Assembly: GCA_043228905.1 (NCBI GenBank) | Contig: JBHGNT010000001.1 | Location: 4,774,001 to 4,838,000, forward strand | Direction of reading: 5' to 3' | DNA length: 64,000 nucleotides | From: Azolla caroliniana | Lineage: Eukaryota > Plantae > Polypodiophyta | Shown: one piece after another, positions 50,399-62,244 of the stretch | Layout of the letters: every line of letters begins with the position of its first letter | Numbering within the stretch: position 1 is the stretch's first letter | Program-made: the position numbers and the translations under genes | Notes under the pieces: generated by a model | Databases searched by the model: none | What the model was told of the DNA's origin: nothing | The model's input: only the letters and a program-made list of their open reading frames with translations

Positions 50399-52796
50399 CA
50401 TCACCATGCCATTCTTGGACGACATCCCGATCAAGGGATGTCCGGTGGAGGAAAAGGACGAAACGATCGGACTGGACGGATGACGAAGATTCGTGGCGAC
50501 ACACATTGACGACTGCGAGAGGGTGCTGCAGAGGCTAGAGGACGCGAGGCTCACCTTCTCCGGGGAGAAATCGGCCTTCGGGCAATCAGAGATCATGGTC
50601 GTCAGACATTTATGCAGACCGTATGGCCGGAAACCGTCTTCGGCTAAGGTGGAAGCCATTTCCGCGATGAAGCCCGATTGTAACTCGGTCACGGAGGTAC
50701 GGAGGTTCTTGGGAGCATGTGCGTTCTACCACATATGGATCCCGCATTATGCCCATGTTGCCGAGCCGCTATACGGGTTGCTGAAAAAGGGGCGAAAATT
50801 CGAGTGATGAGACGAGCATGCAGAGTCGGTCCGAAAGATGAAGGAGGCTCTTGCTGCAGCTCCGGCACTCCGGAAGGCTTTCTACGAGAAAGGCACTCCC
50901 ATATACATAACGGTAGATACAAGTCCGACCGGGATCGGATGGGTCTTCAACCAAGAAGATGTGGACGGTATTTGGTTCCCAATCCGGTTCGGCGCGAAGG
51001 TCCTCAGCGAGCGACAACGGGGATACGCCCAAGTTAAACGCGAGCTCTGGGGTATCGTTTCGGCGGTGAAGGCCGATAAAGACTATCTGATCGGGACAGA
51101 GGTGATTATCGAGACGGATTTCCTGCCGATTCTCGGCATGGTTTCCGGATGCGCAACCCCGGACCTGGCAATGCTCAGGTGGATCCGGAAATACGACACA
51201 TTTCCGGGAAAGACAATGCCATGGCCGACATGCTTTCGAGGGCGCGATTCGACAACGAGGGCGGCATGGTTTCGGAAGACGAGGAAGTCGGCGTAGACTT
51301 CTTCGAGGCGGCCTACGTAACAACCGAGGGAGGGAGCACTCTAGCGCTTAACGATTTCAACGAGAGCAAGTACGACGGGGAGTGGCTGCAGATTGGGGGA
51401 TTCTTGAGGACGATGACGCCGGACGCGTCATGGACAAAGAACGAGGCCGACCGGATCCGGAAGAAAGCATATCGATTCTTTCTCCGGGACGGATACTTGT
51501 GGAAGCACCTGAAGAAGAGAAACGACATCCCGCTCCGAGTAGTGGCGATGGAGGAGGAACAGGAGGAGTTGCTGAGGGCCTACCACGACAGTCCCTGGGC
51601 TGGACACCGTGGGACGTGGGCCACGTTCGAGAAACTGAAGGGGAAGTACTGGTGGCCGGGATTGTACCGGGACGTGCATCGGTTCGTGACAACTTGTGAG
51701 AGCTGTCAGATACACTCCATAGTCCGACATCGGGACGAGCTTCAACCTACATACCCTCCAGCCATCCACTTCAAATGGATGGTAGATTTGGTGACTATGC
51801 CGATGGGCGTAGGGCAGATGCGATATCTGGTGCTGGCCCGGGAGGACCTGACGAACCAGGTGGAAGGTCGAGCCCTGCAGAACAAAACGACAGCGGCCGT
51901 GTGTCGTTTCCTGATCGAGGACGTGATATGCCGGTACGGGTGCGTCGGGAAGATCGTGGCTGACCGCGGGGAGTTGGACGCTGAAGAGGCCGAGGAGCTG
52001 TTCGACCGGTTAGGGGTCAAGCTCTCGCTCACCACAACGTACAATCTGGAGGCGAACGGGAAGGTGGAGCGCGGACACGGACCGATCGTCAAAGCGCTAG
52101 TCCGGGCATGCGGAGGCCAGGTCGGGAACTGGTCACGACTGTTACCTTATACCTTGTGGGCGGACCGGACAACGCACAGTTCGGTAATCGAGTTCATGCT
52201 GTTAGAGCTCATGTTCGGACAAAAGCCGATCATGCCGATGGAACGAACGATCTCCTCTTGGGCGACAATGGACTGGAGAGACGAGATGAGTCGGGAAGAA
52301 CTGCTAGCGGCGCGTATACGGCAGCTCGAGCGGAGGCCAAAGGACGTGGAACAAGCGACGGAGAGACTTCGGACAGCGAGGATGAAGAACAAAGCCCGGT
52401 TTGACCGAATGCACCTGCTCCGACCAAAGAAAATCGAGGAAGGCGACTGGGTGCTAGTCTACGACAGCAGCCTCGACAACCAGCACCGAGCAACACGGAA
52501 GTTTGCAAAGCGGTGGTTCGGGCCTTACGTGGTAACGAGCGCCAACGACAACGGGACGTACCACCTGGCGGAACTCGACGGTACGAGGATGGCGATACCG
52601 GTAGCAGGGAAGCGGATCAAAGCGTTCAAGAAGCGCCACGACGGTGAACCGGATCTAAGAGGCCTGGATAGCGACGACGAACAGTGCGAAACGGAGGACG
52701 AACCGATGGACGAGGAACCGGAAGCCGGACTGGTTTTCTCCAACCAGAACCCAATTTTGGCGCATACCGGTGGATGCACGGTTAGGTGGGGGCGGA

Positions 52797-53412
52797 TGTC
52801 GTGAAGAAAACCGTCCCTTAGCGCAATCGGTGCATAGCACGCATGAACCGGCTCTTCACACGTGCGCGCCCCTTAATGTATATAAAAGAGAATTAGGTAC
52901 AAAGGTATATCCTAGGTAGTTAGATTCAGTAGGTAGGAAGTAAATGAGGGAGACGGCTCGCTTCTTGAAGCTATAAAGGAGAGGGAGACGCAAGGAGAAG
53001 GGATAGCGCATTGAGGAGGACGAAGTTCTATCGGACCGTAACCGAACGCTTCTCCTCTGTTCATTCTGCATCACTCTTCTCTGCAGGATTTTGGGAGGCT
53101 CGCGCTGCTTCGAGGAACACCCGTGTGCTTCCGACAGCACCTCCATCCTATCCCCTTTCGTGCGCAGACGAGCAGGCATCGACATCTGTTCGCCGGCCTG
53201 TTTGGTTGTAACCGCTCGCGTGCTCTGTTGTTTTTTTTGTGTCATTTGTTAATATACAAACATTTGTGTCTCTCTGTCTCTATGTCCATTCGTGTTTTCT
53301 GCGTTGACGGGCCGTGTCCTTGTGTTTCTTTGCTCATACGTAACCGGTCATCTCTCTCTTTCTCTTTTCCCTCCTATCACCTGCCCTTTGGTTCAAGACC
53401 CCGGTGGTCCCG
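52797..53412 (+). repeat. 3' LTR of gypsy A, last ~36 bp deleted
   Basis: About 25 mismatches over 616 bp versus the 5' LTR by hand count, mostly transitions. Joins directly back into copia gag. Confidence 0.93.
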
Positions 53413-54457
53413 TATTAGTAGGGGAGAATTCACCCTCCTTCTTCGATCTTCAATCCATGTTGTTGGTCGAAGAAAACCATGTTCGAACAAGGAGCAATGC
53501 CTCAGAAGGCCACATGCTTTACTCACACTCGGACGGAGGAGGATGACGCGACCATGGAAGAAGAGGCCAATTCTGCCAAGGACGAGGCGGATGAGGCCCG
53601 ACTTACGAAAACAACTTGCAATTTCGGCATCAAGACGGAAGCCATCAAGGAACCTTCGGAAGAAGGGGGAGCTTTCATTCTAGTCCGAACCGACAAAACT
53701 TGGTCGAATGCGGATATTGTGGAAAAATAAGTCACCACGAAGAAGAATGTCATTAGAAGATGTGTGAGTCGTTTTTCACTAGTAGACAACTCACCAATTA
53801 CGCCACAAACTCCGACTATGACGATCGTGGCAGAATGTTCGTGATGAGACATAGAGCAAATTCTAGTGCCTCCGGTCCAGAAGACGTATGGTTCCTCGAC
53901 TCCGGTGCCTCGAACCATATGACGTCTCATCAAGAATGGTTTCGACAACTTCGAGAGCCAGAACAACCTAGCTATGTCGAAACCGAAGATGACAATACGC
54001 ATCCGATTTGACACATCGACAATGTCCCATTCGGCAAAGACGGAACCAAACTTTTATTAAGAGTGTCTTGCATGTACCAACGATTACGAAGAATTTGGTC
54101 TCCGTCGGCTAATTTATTGAGAAAGGGATGCAAGTACGATTTAATCAAGGCGGTTGCTTCATCGAAAAAGAAGGCCGACTCATCGCTCATGGATGAAGAG
54201 AGGGCCAAATGTTCATTCTCAACTCGCACAAGATGAAATCAGCCATGTTCATTCTCAACTCTCACGAAAGCCGATTCCGATATAGAGTTATGGCACAAGC
54301 GGATTTGCCATATCAACCTCCAAAAGCTCAAGGCAATGCAATCGAAAGGAGTCGGCAACGGGCTTCCGACATTCAAGGAGAAAGAGATTGAAGGCATGTG
54401 TGCCGCTTACCAATTCGGCAAGCAACATCGGCACCTGTTTCCAAAGGAGTGGAATGT
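53413..54457 (+). mobile_element. Ty1/copia piece 2: gag C-terminus, protease and gag-pre-integrase (degenerate)
   Basis: ENSPSFFDLQSMLLVEENH, protease VWFLDSGASNHMT, VLHVPTITKNLVSV and LWHKRICHINLQKL...CAAYQFGKQHR..FPKE. Confidence 0.9.
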
Positions 54458-55763
54458 TGTCGTGAAGATTCCGGACCATAGTGAGAAACCGGGGAATATC
54501 GGAAGAATCGGCGGGGTGCATCTTGTGCACTGACCCTTATACAAATTGTGTAAATGATAGGGGCGCCATTATGGCGCTAGACAGTAGTTAATTTGGGATG
54601 TAGGATCCCATGTAATAAGGGATTTATCCCACATCGTTACGCATCCCTCTCCTTGTTCTATAAAAGGAAGGGAGCGCCCTTTGTAAAGGGGTTGCCCATT
54701 TTGAGTTCGGAAGGGTATACCACTTAGGTCTAGGGTTGGTTTGGGGGGTTCCCACCCGTTGGGTCCCAAATAGTTTTGTTCCTCATTGTTCCTCGTTTTG
54801 AGGTTCCGTTTAGTGTTAATAAGCTTATGCATATAACGTCTATTTTGTCTTCTCTTCATCTTGGTGTGTGGGTGCATTGTCTCTGTTTTCTGTTAGGGTT
54901 TCGGGGTCTTTTGTGTGCGTGCGTAGGCGGCGTGTTCGGTTGTGGCAGGCGGCGTGCAGACTGCTTGTGCTTTCCCTGAGTTCCTGCTCGTTGGCTCTCA
55001 ACACTCCGCTGTCCGACAGGTCTGCGAGTGTGTGTGTAGGTGTTGGCTTCTGTCGCTTTTGCAGAGCCCGCGCGCTAGGTGGTTCGTTGGCAGGTTTCCC
55101 TCCTTGGCGTGCAAGACCCCACTCGGTTCAGCGAGCTTGTGCGCTCCCTGAAGGCGGCTTGGCACGAGAGGCGATCGTTCTGGAAAAGGCGTGCCCTGCA
55201 CGAGGGTCCCGTTGCGCGGACAAGCCCAAGAGCTCCCCGATCAGCCCTAGGATGTAGGCTCCCTCTTCCTCTCTATGTGGAATTGGCATCGCAGCAAGCG
55301 TTCCGTGTGTGAGCTCCCCAACCGGCCCTAGGATGCAAGCTCCCTCTTCCTCTCCGTGTGGAATTGGCATCGCAGCGAGCGTTGCATGTGTAGGTGTGTG
55401 TGTGTGTGTCTGGTTAGCGTAGGGTCTGAGAGCGGGTGTGTGTGTGGTCGCCGGTCTAGAGGTGCCGGTTGTAACCAGGTGTGTATAGAGTGTGTGTGTG
55501 TGTGCGGGCACGGTTAACCAGGCTGAGTCCCGTGCCTCTTTTGGGTCCCTTGTACATACAGGTGAAAGGGGCGGCAAGGATGAGGGCGCTCTCTCTCGCT
55601 TCCCGTGCGGTTACCGGTCGCATCCGGAGAGTATCTGGGATCGAACTGGCTGGCAACGCGGCAAGCCCCAGAGGATTCGGGTCCTCGACAACTCCTCCCC
55701 TCCTGGTCCACAACCCTGGTGGTCCCGCCCAGATTCGACATGCAAGCGCAGATGACCGCGACA
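54458..55763 (+). repeat. LTR B1 (1306 bp) of a non-coding gypsy-family element
   Basis: TGTCGTGAAGA...CGCGACA, followed by the Trp PBS. Inverted homolog at 58298-59484. Confidence 0.92.
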
Positions 55764-57708
55764 TCTTTGGTGAACCTGACGTCACAGGCAACAAGGGAGG
55801 ATGGAGTTCAGGGCCGAAGACTTCGAGGAGGAGAGTCGAGAAGCGGTGCATCGAGATGGGCGAGGTCGAAGGAGTCAACCGTTACAGTGGGGACCGAGTC
55901 CCACGGGTTTCGCCAAAGGCTCGACCGTCTGGCATAAAGAGGAGGAGCTCCGAGTAGCTCATCGAGCATGGACATCCGAAAGTGAAATGAAGGTGGTGTG
56001 TGACGGCGAGACATCACAACAAGAAAGGGGCGCGCGGACAAGACGGATGTGGTCGAGTCGGAGGCCGAGCGGGGCACGACGGTGCCGATATGGGAGCCGC
56101 CCTCTTTTACATGGGGAGAAAGACCGACCGAGCGAAGGTCGGGAATCAGAGGAAGATGATCAAGGGTATGGAATGAGTTTCGCAGGGTCGGCATCGGAGC
56201 CGAAACTCTAGACATTAGAGAATCAAGCCCAGGCGGGCTGGATTAATCATAGAGCGGATGCTTTCCACCAACACCACTAAAAGGGTCGGTGGCCCCAGAG
56301 GAGTCGTCGGGAATCGTTACGAAATCGGTGTCCCCACATCTTGCCGGAGACATCGGCAGTTCGGCCGGTGTGGCAACGTGAGACTGTAAGAGATGGAAGA
56401 TGGAGGCGGGAGCAGAACAGGAGAGCGACGATGAGTTCAGGAGAACAGCAAAGGGCAGAAACGAAGAACGAAGACCGGTCCTGAGTTACCTCACACCGGG
56501 ATAGAGACTCCGGCGGTTGGCATCGGATCCGATGTATGACCAAGATACTGATGATGCCGACAGGAGAACGAGACTCGACAATCCAGAGAATGACGGACTG
56601 GCCTGCACGAGAACCGGGCGGAGCGGACTTCCGGATAACCGATCCGGGAGAGAGGAGAGAGCAGGCCTTCGTAGAGACCGGGAACACGATACGTCGGTCC
56701 CACGGAAGAGGGTGTGGAGCACGCCACCCTCTCAGCTTGCGGAGAAAGACGACCCAGGATAAGGGTCAGAGATACGAAGAGCCCGAGGAGGATCCTTCAC
56801 ACCGGTTCTAGAGACTCCGGCGGTCGGCCTGAGAGTTGGCGTGAGACCTAGAGTGATGAACGGTGGTGGTGAGGAGACAAAGGCAAAGGACTGCGGATGG
56901 GCGGTCTACGGAGATCCTCACACCGATCTAGCGGCTGGCCCGAGAGCCGGCGTGAGACCTAGAGAGAAGGACGGTGGCGGCAGGAGAACGTGATCGGACG
57001 ACGGAAAGCGGAAGCAGAGCGAAAAGTGGTATGAGGCTAGCAAGGCGGCCACGAACCATATACATACCCGACCAGCAGAGTCGGCAAGACAAAGATCGGA
57101 CGCGCTTAGTACACAAATCGGTGACCCAACAAGACAGAGGCCCAAGAAGGATCCTTCACACCTGTCCAGAGACCTCGACAGTTAGGCCGACGTGGCAACG
57201 TGAGACCGAGGGTAATGGAAGGTCGTGGCAAGGGGACGAAGGCGGCAACAACTGAAACACTGACTAGCCAAGGCGTTATGTGAAGGAGGCCATGCGGGCC
57301 GGGACGCAGCAAGGGTGATCCTCCGGTAAGCTGCCGGGGACACCCAGTTAAGGAGTGATGTGCCGAGCCGGGAAGGGGCAAACCCGAAAGCAGAACGAGA
57401 GACGTACGCGTGGCCATCGAGGCCCAAAGCAAAATCACGAGCATGGGACGGTGTTCGGCACAGACGGTGCCGAACGAAGAAGGCTGAAGACGGAACCGAT
57501 GATGCGGGAAGAGCGGACTGGGAGTCGGCGAGGCCAGAGTTAACAAAGGCCGAACCCTTACCGGCCAGTTACGATTTCGGAGGGAAGCCGGTGAGGGGTA
57601 AGCAGGGAGCGGAGCAAGAGACATGCGAGTGGCCATCAAAGGCCCAAGCGAAGCACGAGTATGGGACAGTGTTTGACACAGACGATGCCGAACGAAGAAG
57701 GTTGAAGA
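55764..57708 (+). mobile_element. Internal region of element B, GC/purine-rich, no recognisable gag/pol motifs
   Basis: Follows the PBS and contains internal repeats (~57410-57490 vs ~57630-57708). Homologous to 60440-60678(-). Confidence 0.75.
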
Positions 57709-57857
57709 TGGCATTGAGGTCAGCGCAATCTCTCTAGGCATGTCCGGTGGCGTGGCACCATATGTACCTTTGATTGGCCGGCGGTCGCCGGTCGTGTGGC
57801 TGACCCTCGTCGCTTCGTCGGGCCTGGGCAATCTAGAGGTCTTGCACCATCCTTGTT
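57709..57857 (-). pseudogene. gag: Displaced C-terminal part of gypsy C gag
   Basis: Minus strand TRMVQDL*IAQARRSDEGQPHDRRPPANQRYIWCHATGHA*RDCADL aligns with gag A TRAVKDLQIAQAWREGGEQARD*RPPTGNRCMWCDEVGHIRKDCGDF. Confidence 0.85.
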
Positions 57858-58185
57858 AGTTGTCATCTTTGCCACCGGGGCCAATGCCTCTTCGTTGTCA
57901 CTTCCATGCATTTGTGCGTATCCTTTTGCTACGAGTCGAGCTTCATAGTGGTTTACGGAGCCGTCAACGTTATACTTCACCTTGTAGATCCCTCTACAAC
58001 CGATCCCCTTCTTGTGCGGTGAGTGGGGAACAAGATCCCATATCTTGATTTTGGAGAGTGCTTGCATCTCCTCATTTATCGCTTCAACCCATCTACGATC
58101 CTTCGCGGCTTGGGAAAGTGTTTCCGACTCCCGTACTGTCGCTACCTTCATCATAAAGGCGTAATGGTACGCCATATAATCGTTG
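57858..58185 (-). mobile_element. Ty1/copia piece 3: RT N-terminus, inverted
   Basis: WVEAINEEMQALSKIKIWDLVP...IGCRGIYKVKYNVDGSVNHYEARLVAKGYAQ...APVAKMTT. Confidence 0.92.
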
Positions 58186-58297
58186 TAGCCTTCGACCTCG
58201 CCCATCTCGATGCGCCGCTTCTCAACTCTCCTCCTCGAAGTCTTCGGCCCTGAACTCCATCCTCCCCTGCCGCCTTTCACGTCGGGTTCACCAAAGA

Positions 58298-59484
58298 TGT
58301 CGCGGTCATCCGCACTTGCATGTCGGATCTGGGTGGGACTAGCAGGGTCGTGGTGCAGGAGGGGAGGAGTTGTCGGGGACCCAAATTCTCCGGGGCTTGC
58401 CGCGTTACCAGCCGGTTCGATCCCAGATACTCTCCAGACGCGACCGGTAACCGCACGGGAAGCGAGAGAGCGCGCCCTCGTCCTTGCTGCCCCTTTCGCC
58501 CGTATGTACAAGGGGCCCAAAAGAGGCACGGGACACGGCCCGGTTAACCGCACCCGCACACACGCACACACCCGTATACACACCCAGTTACAACCGGCAC
58601 CTCCACATCGGCGACCACACATGCACCCGCTCTCGGATCCTACGCTAACCAGAGACACACACACACCTACAAACGCTGTGATGCCAATTCCACACGGAGA
58701 GGAAGAGGGAGCTTGCATCCTAGGGCCGGTCGAGGAGCTCTCGGGATCGTCCGCGCAATGGGACCTCGTGCAGGGCATGCCTTTTTCCAGAACGATCGCC
58801 TCTTGTGCCAAGCCGCCTTTAGGGAGTGCACGGGCTAGTTGAACCAAGTGGGGTCTTGCGCGCCAAGGAGGGAGACCTGCCAGTGAACCACCTAGCTCGC
58901 GAGCTCTGCATAAGTGACAGAAGCCAACACCTACACACACACTCGCAGACATGCCGGACAACGGAGTGCTGAGAGCCAACGAGCAGGAACTCAGGGAAAG
59001 CACAGGTAGTCCGCACGCCGCCTGCCCCACAACCGAACACACCGCCTATGCACGCACACAAAAGACCCTGAAACCCTAACAGAAAACAGAGACAACGCAC
59101 CCACAACGCACCCCGAAGCTTATTAACACTAAACGGAACCTCAAAATGAGGAACAATGAGGAACAAAACTGTTTGGGACCCAACGGGTGGGAACCCCCCA
59201 AACCAACCCTAGACCTAAGTGGTATACCCTTTCGAACTCAAAATGGGCAACCCCTTTACAAAGGGCGCTCCCTTCCTTTTATAGAACAAGGAGAGGGATG
59301 CGTAACAATGTGGGATAAATCCCTTATTACATGGGATCGTCTTTCCTGAATTAACTACTATCTAGCGCCATAATGGTGCCCCTATCATTTACACAATTTG
59401 TAGAAGGGTGAGTGCACATGATGCACCCCGCCGATTTTTCCGATATTCCCTGGTTTCTCACTATGGCCTGGAATCTTCACGACA
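58298..59484 (-). repeat. LTR B2 (1187 bp), inverted, with PPT upstream (59485-59496) and PBS downstream (58277-58293)
   Basis: Reverse complement of B1, lacking two B1 indels. GGTGGGGGCGGA precedes it and TGGTGAACCCGACGTGA follows it. Confidence 0.92.
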
Positions 59485-59496
59485 TCCGCCCCCACC

Positions 59497-60678
59497 AAAC
59501 AGCACGTCCACCGGTAAGTGCCAAGTTCAGAGAAGGGTGAGAGATTCCGGCCGGTGAGGAACAGGTCTTCCGTAATCTGCATTCCGGTTGCCGCGTTGGC
59601 CTCGCCAGTCCGAACCGTCGGCCCTAGTTGCTTCCCCGCGTTTGCCTCCCCGTAGGCTTGTTCGACCCGTCGATAGGTCATTCGCCGCGATCCCGTAGTG
59701 TGCGTGCTTCCCCGTTGGACCTTTTGTCGACCGCATGCACACTTCTCGTTCCTTTGGATACGTGGTGTCCTCTGTCCGAGGAGCACCTGTGATGGCCCGC
59801 ATGGTCTCCGTCGACCTTCGCATCGTCCCGATTCTCATTCCGCACTGATCTCCACTGCCTTCGTCCCCTCGCCGCCACCTAGCTTCTCCTTAGTCTTACG
59901 TTGCCACGATGGCCAAATTACCAAGGTATCCGGAACGAGTGTGGAGGATCCTTCTCCGGCCTTCTACGCGAGATGACTTGGACCGGCAACCCATCTTCGC
60001 GCTTGTATTCCCGCTCTGGCACCTCTGTGTGTCGCGCATCCCCTTCTCTTGTTCGGCTCTGCCCGTACCGAACTCCTGTTATTTCCCATGCACGCGTTGT
60101 CGGCCCTCACCCGGCCAGATAGTGCATCGTCGCTTCTCCACCTATCGGTCTCCTCCGCATACGAGGAACACCCCGTGTCGGCCCGTTTGGCCCCTTTCAT
60201 TCCACGTTGCTACAACTGGTTCGACGCCATGCACTTCTCGTCGTCCCCTCACCCCCACTAACTTGTTATCTCGGGCTTGGCTTGCCACTCGATTCGTTGC
60301 CACTCTGATTGAGCTGTTGAGATCTCAGAAGCGGGTGTGGAGTATCCTCCTTCGGTCACCGATACCGTTTTCGGCTATAGACCCGTGCAACCTATCTTGC
60401 ACCCTGTTTCCGACCCAGCACCACCGTGCTCGGCACCGCTTGTGTCGAACACCGTCCCGTACTTGTGCTTCGCTTTGGCCCTTGATGGCCACTCACACGT
60501 CTCTTGCTCCGCTCCCTACTTACCCCTCACCAGCTTCCCTCCGAAATCGTAACCGGCTGGTAAGGGTTCGGCCTTTGTCAACTCTGCCCTCGGCAACTCC
60601 CAATCCGTTGTTCCCGCATTGCCGGTTCCGTCTTCAACCTTCTTCGTTCGGCACCGTCTGTGCCGAACACCGTCCCGT
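59497..60678 (-). mobile_element. 3' internal region of element B, inverted
   Basis: 60440-60678(-) aligns with 57445-57680(+) and ends in the PPT next to LTR B2. Confidence 0.8.
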
Positions 60679-61455
60679 TGTCGTGAAGATTCCGAGCCAT
60701 AAGTAGAAACAATGTGAAACACGCAGGAACACTGGTGTGCACGAGTGCACACACCTAGTGAAATAAATAGTGTAAGGACTAAGCTTAGGTAGAAAGAGGT
60801 GTACTAGGTAGTTAAGGCATCAATAGGGATTCAGACATCGTGTAAGGAGGGAGAGTTACGTGGAGAGAGAATCAGGGGGAAGAATCTAGGAAGGGAAAGC
60901 GACAGGTTATGAATGCTTTGTAAACGGTCGCTCCTTGTGCTATAAAAGGGGCGACCTGTGACTGTTTTTGGGGATGTCATCTAGAGAGGAGAAAAGAAGC
61001 ATAGGGGAAAAAAGAAACAGAGGGGAGGGGAGCCGAGGAGTCCTACGACGGATCACCGGAAGGCGCTTCCCCTGCTCGGGTCAGACGCCCGAGTGCTCCC
61101 GACTAGGGGATCGACCTTCTCCGTGCTAGCGCATCTTTGTAACTAACTACTGTAGAGCCCTACGCTCGATCACCGACACAAATTCGGTTGTAATCACCCA
61201 CAGTGCTACGCACATATTTTTTATTAATAGAAACTTATCTACCTAGCGCAAGTTGTTCTTAGCATCTCTGTCTGCGCCTGTGTCTACACACGATCCTTTG
61301 ACACTATCTCTCTCATTTCGCTAACCTTCTTTGTTTAATCGCGGTGTCAGGGTTTACGTAAACCACAGACTCTTCCTCCTCACTTCTTGATTCCTTGGTT
61401 CAAGACCCCAGTGGTCTTGCCCAACTTCTACGCATCCGCGAGGATTTCCTCGACA
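60679..61455 (+). repeat. 5' LTR of gypsy element C (777 bp)
   Basis: TGTCGTGAAGATTCCG...CTCGACA, TATAAAA at ~60941, U5 motif TTGGTTCAAGACCCC.GTGGTC shared with LTR A, followed by the Trp PBS. Confidence 0.9.
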
Positions 61456-61500
61456 TCTTGGTGAACCCGATGTGAAGAGGAGCGGCAAAGGAATCTGAAA

Positions 61501-62244
61501 ATGAGAGGGAGCGAACTTGCAAAAGCAATGGCGGTGGCAGTACACCACCTGGTTAGCGCTCGCAAGGGCGCGAGTGCCCTCGACAAGGCCATAGAAGCAA
61601 TGGTCGACAAGATAGGCCGGTTCAGTGGGAAAGACACCATGAGTTACTTAGAGGCCTACAAATCTTAAATGCAGATGAGGAATATACCCGACGATAGACA
61701 ACTGACAGGATTTCCCCGGGTCGTGACACCACACATCCATATGGAGATGGCTGAAATACAAGCGGGTTGACGTGATTGGGCGGAATTCGCGGAGGAAGTT
61801 CTTGAAAGATACAGCTACAACGACTTGGTCCAACTATCGAGAAAGGACTTTATGGATTGGGTCAACAACCCCGACAAGGGTCAGAACGCTTCGGCACTCC
61901 TCCAGGAGTTCGAGTCACGGTTCGCGCGGCTCTCTTGATTGGACCGAATTGAGCTCAAAACGAGCAAAGTCCTATTTTTCGTTACGTCGTTTGACTTGTG
62001 CGTCCGAGAAAGCGTGGGTCTTCTTCTTGAAACCAACCGCAGTCTCATGACTGACTAGGCGACCGTCAAAGAAGTATGCAACAGGATTAACAAACGCCGA
62101 GATTGGAAAGAGAAGGGGTCCTCGCCTACTGGACCAGCTGTCAAAACTAGAGCCGAGCCGACACCGACCTGAATGGAAGAAACGAGGAGGTGGCTTGAGC
62201 TAGGCCCACCCCCGGCAAACGAAGTCGTGAGATCTGCAGGCGGC
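61501..62244 (+). pseudogene. gag: Gypsy C gag, N-terminal part (stops and frameshift)
   Basis: MRGSELAKAMAVAVHHLVSARKGASALDKAIEAMVDKIGRFSGKDT is paralogous to gag A (MRGSDLAEAMASAVDRIVSAREG...). Ends EVVRSAGG. Confidence 0.9.

Larger units (their letters stand above)
48510..52804 (+). pseudogene. pol: Gypsy A pol (RT-RNaseH-integrase), -1 frame relative to gag-pro, interrupted by a solo LTR, stops and one frameshift
   Basis: RT: YSNRWFTVPKKNG, DLYSGYD, LPQGGTNSV, FLDDIPIKG (after the insertion). RNase H: TVDTSPTGIG, RELWG, ETD. Integrase: HDSPWAGHRG..CESC, DLVTM, ADRGEL, ANGKVERGH, WFGPY. Order PR-RT-RH-INT indicates Ty3/gypsy. No chromodomain seen. PPT GGTGGGGGCGGA at 52785-52796. Confidence 0.92.

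Noticed and set aside
54776-57831. Many overlapping 60-240 aa ORFs in element B
   Set aside because: GC-rich LTR and internal sequence with few stops. No recognisable domain, so an extra or env-like gene cannot be supported.
57720-59042. 440-aa ORF on the minus strand
   Set aside because: Chance read-through of LTR B2, PBS, copia RT fragment and off-frame gag C across rearrangement junctions; not a gene.
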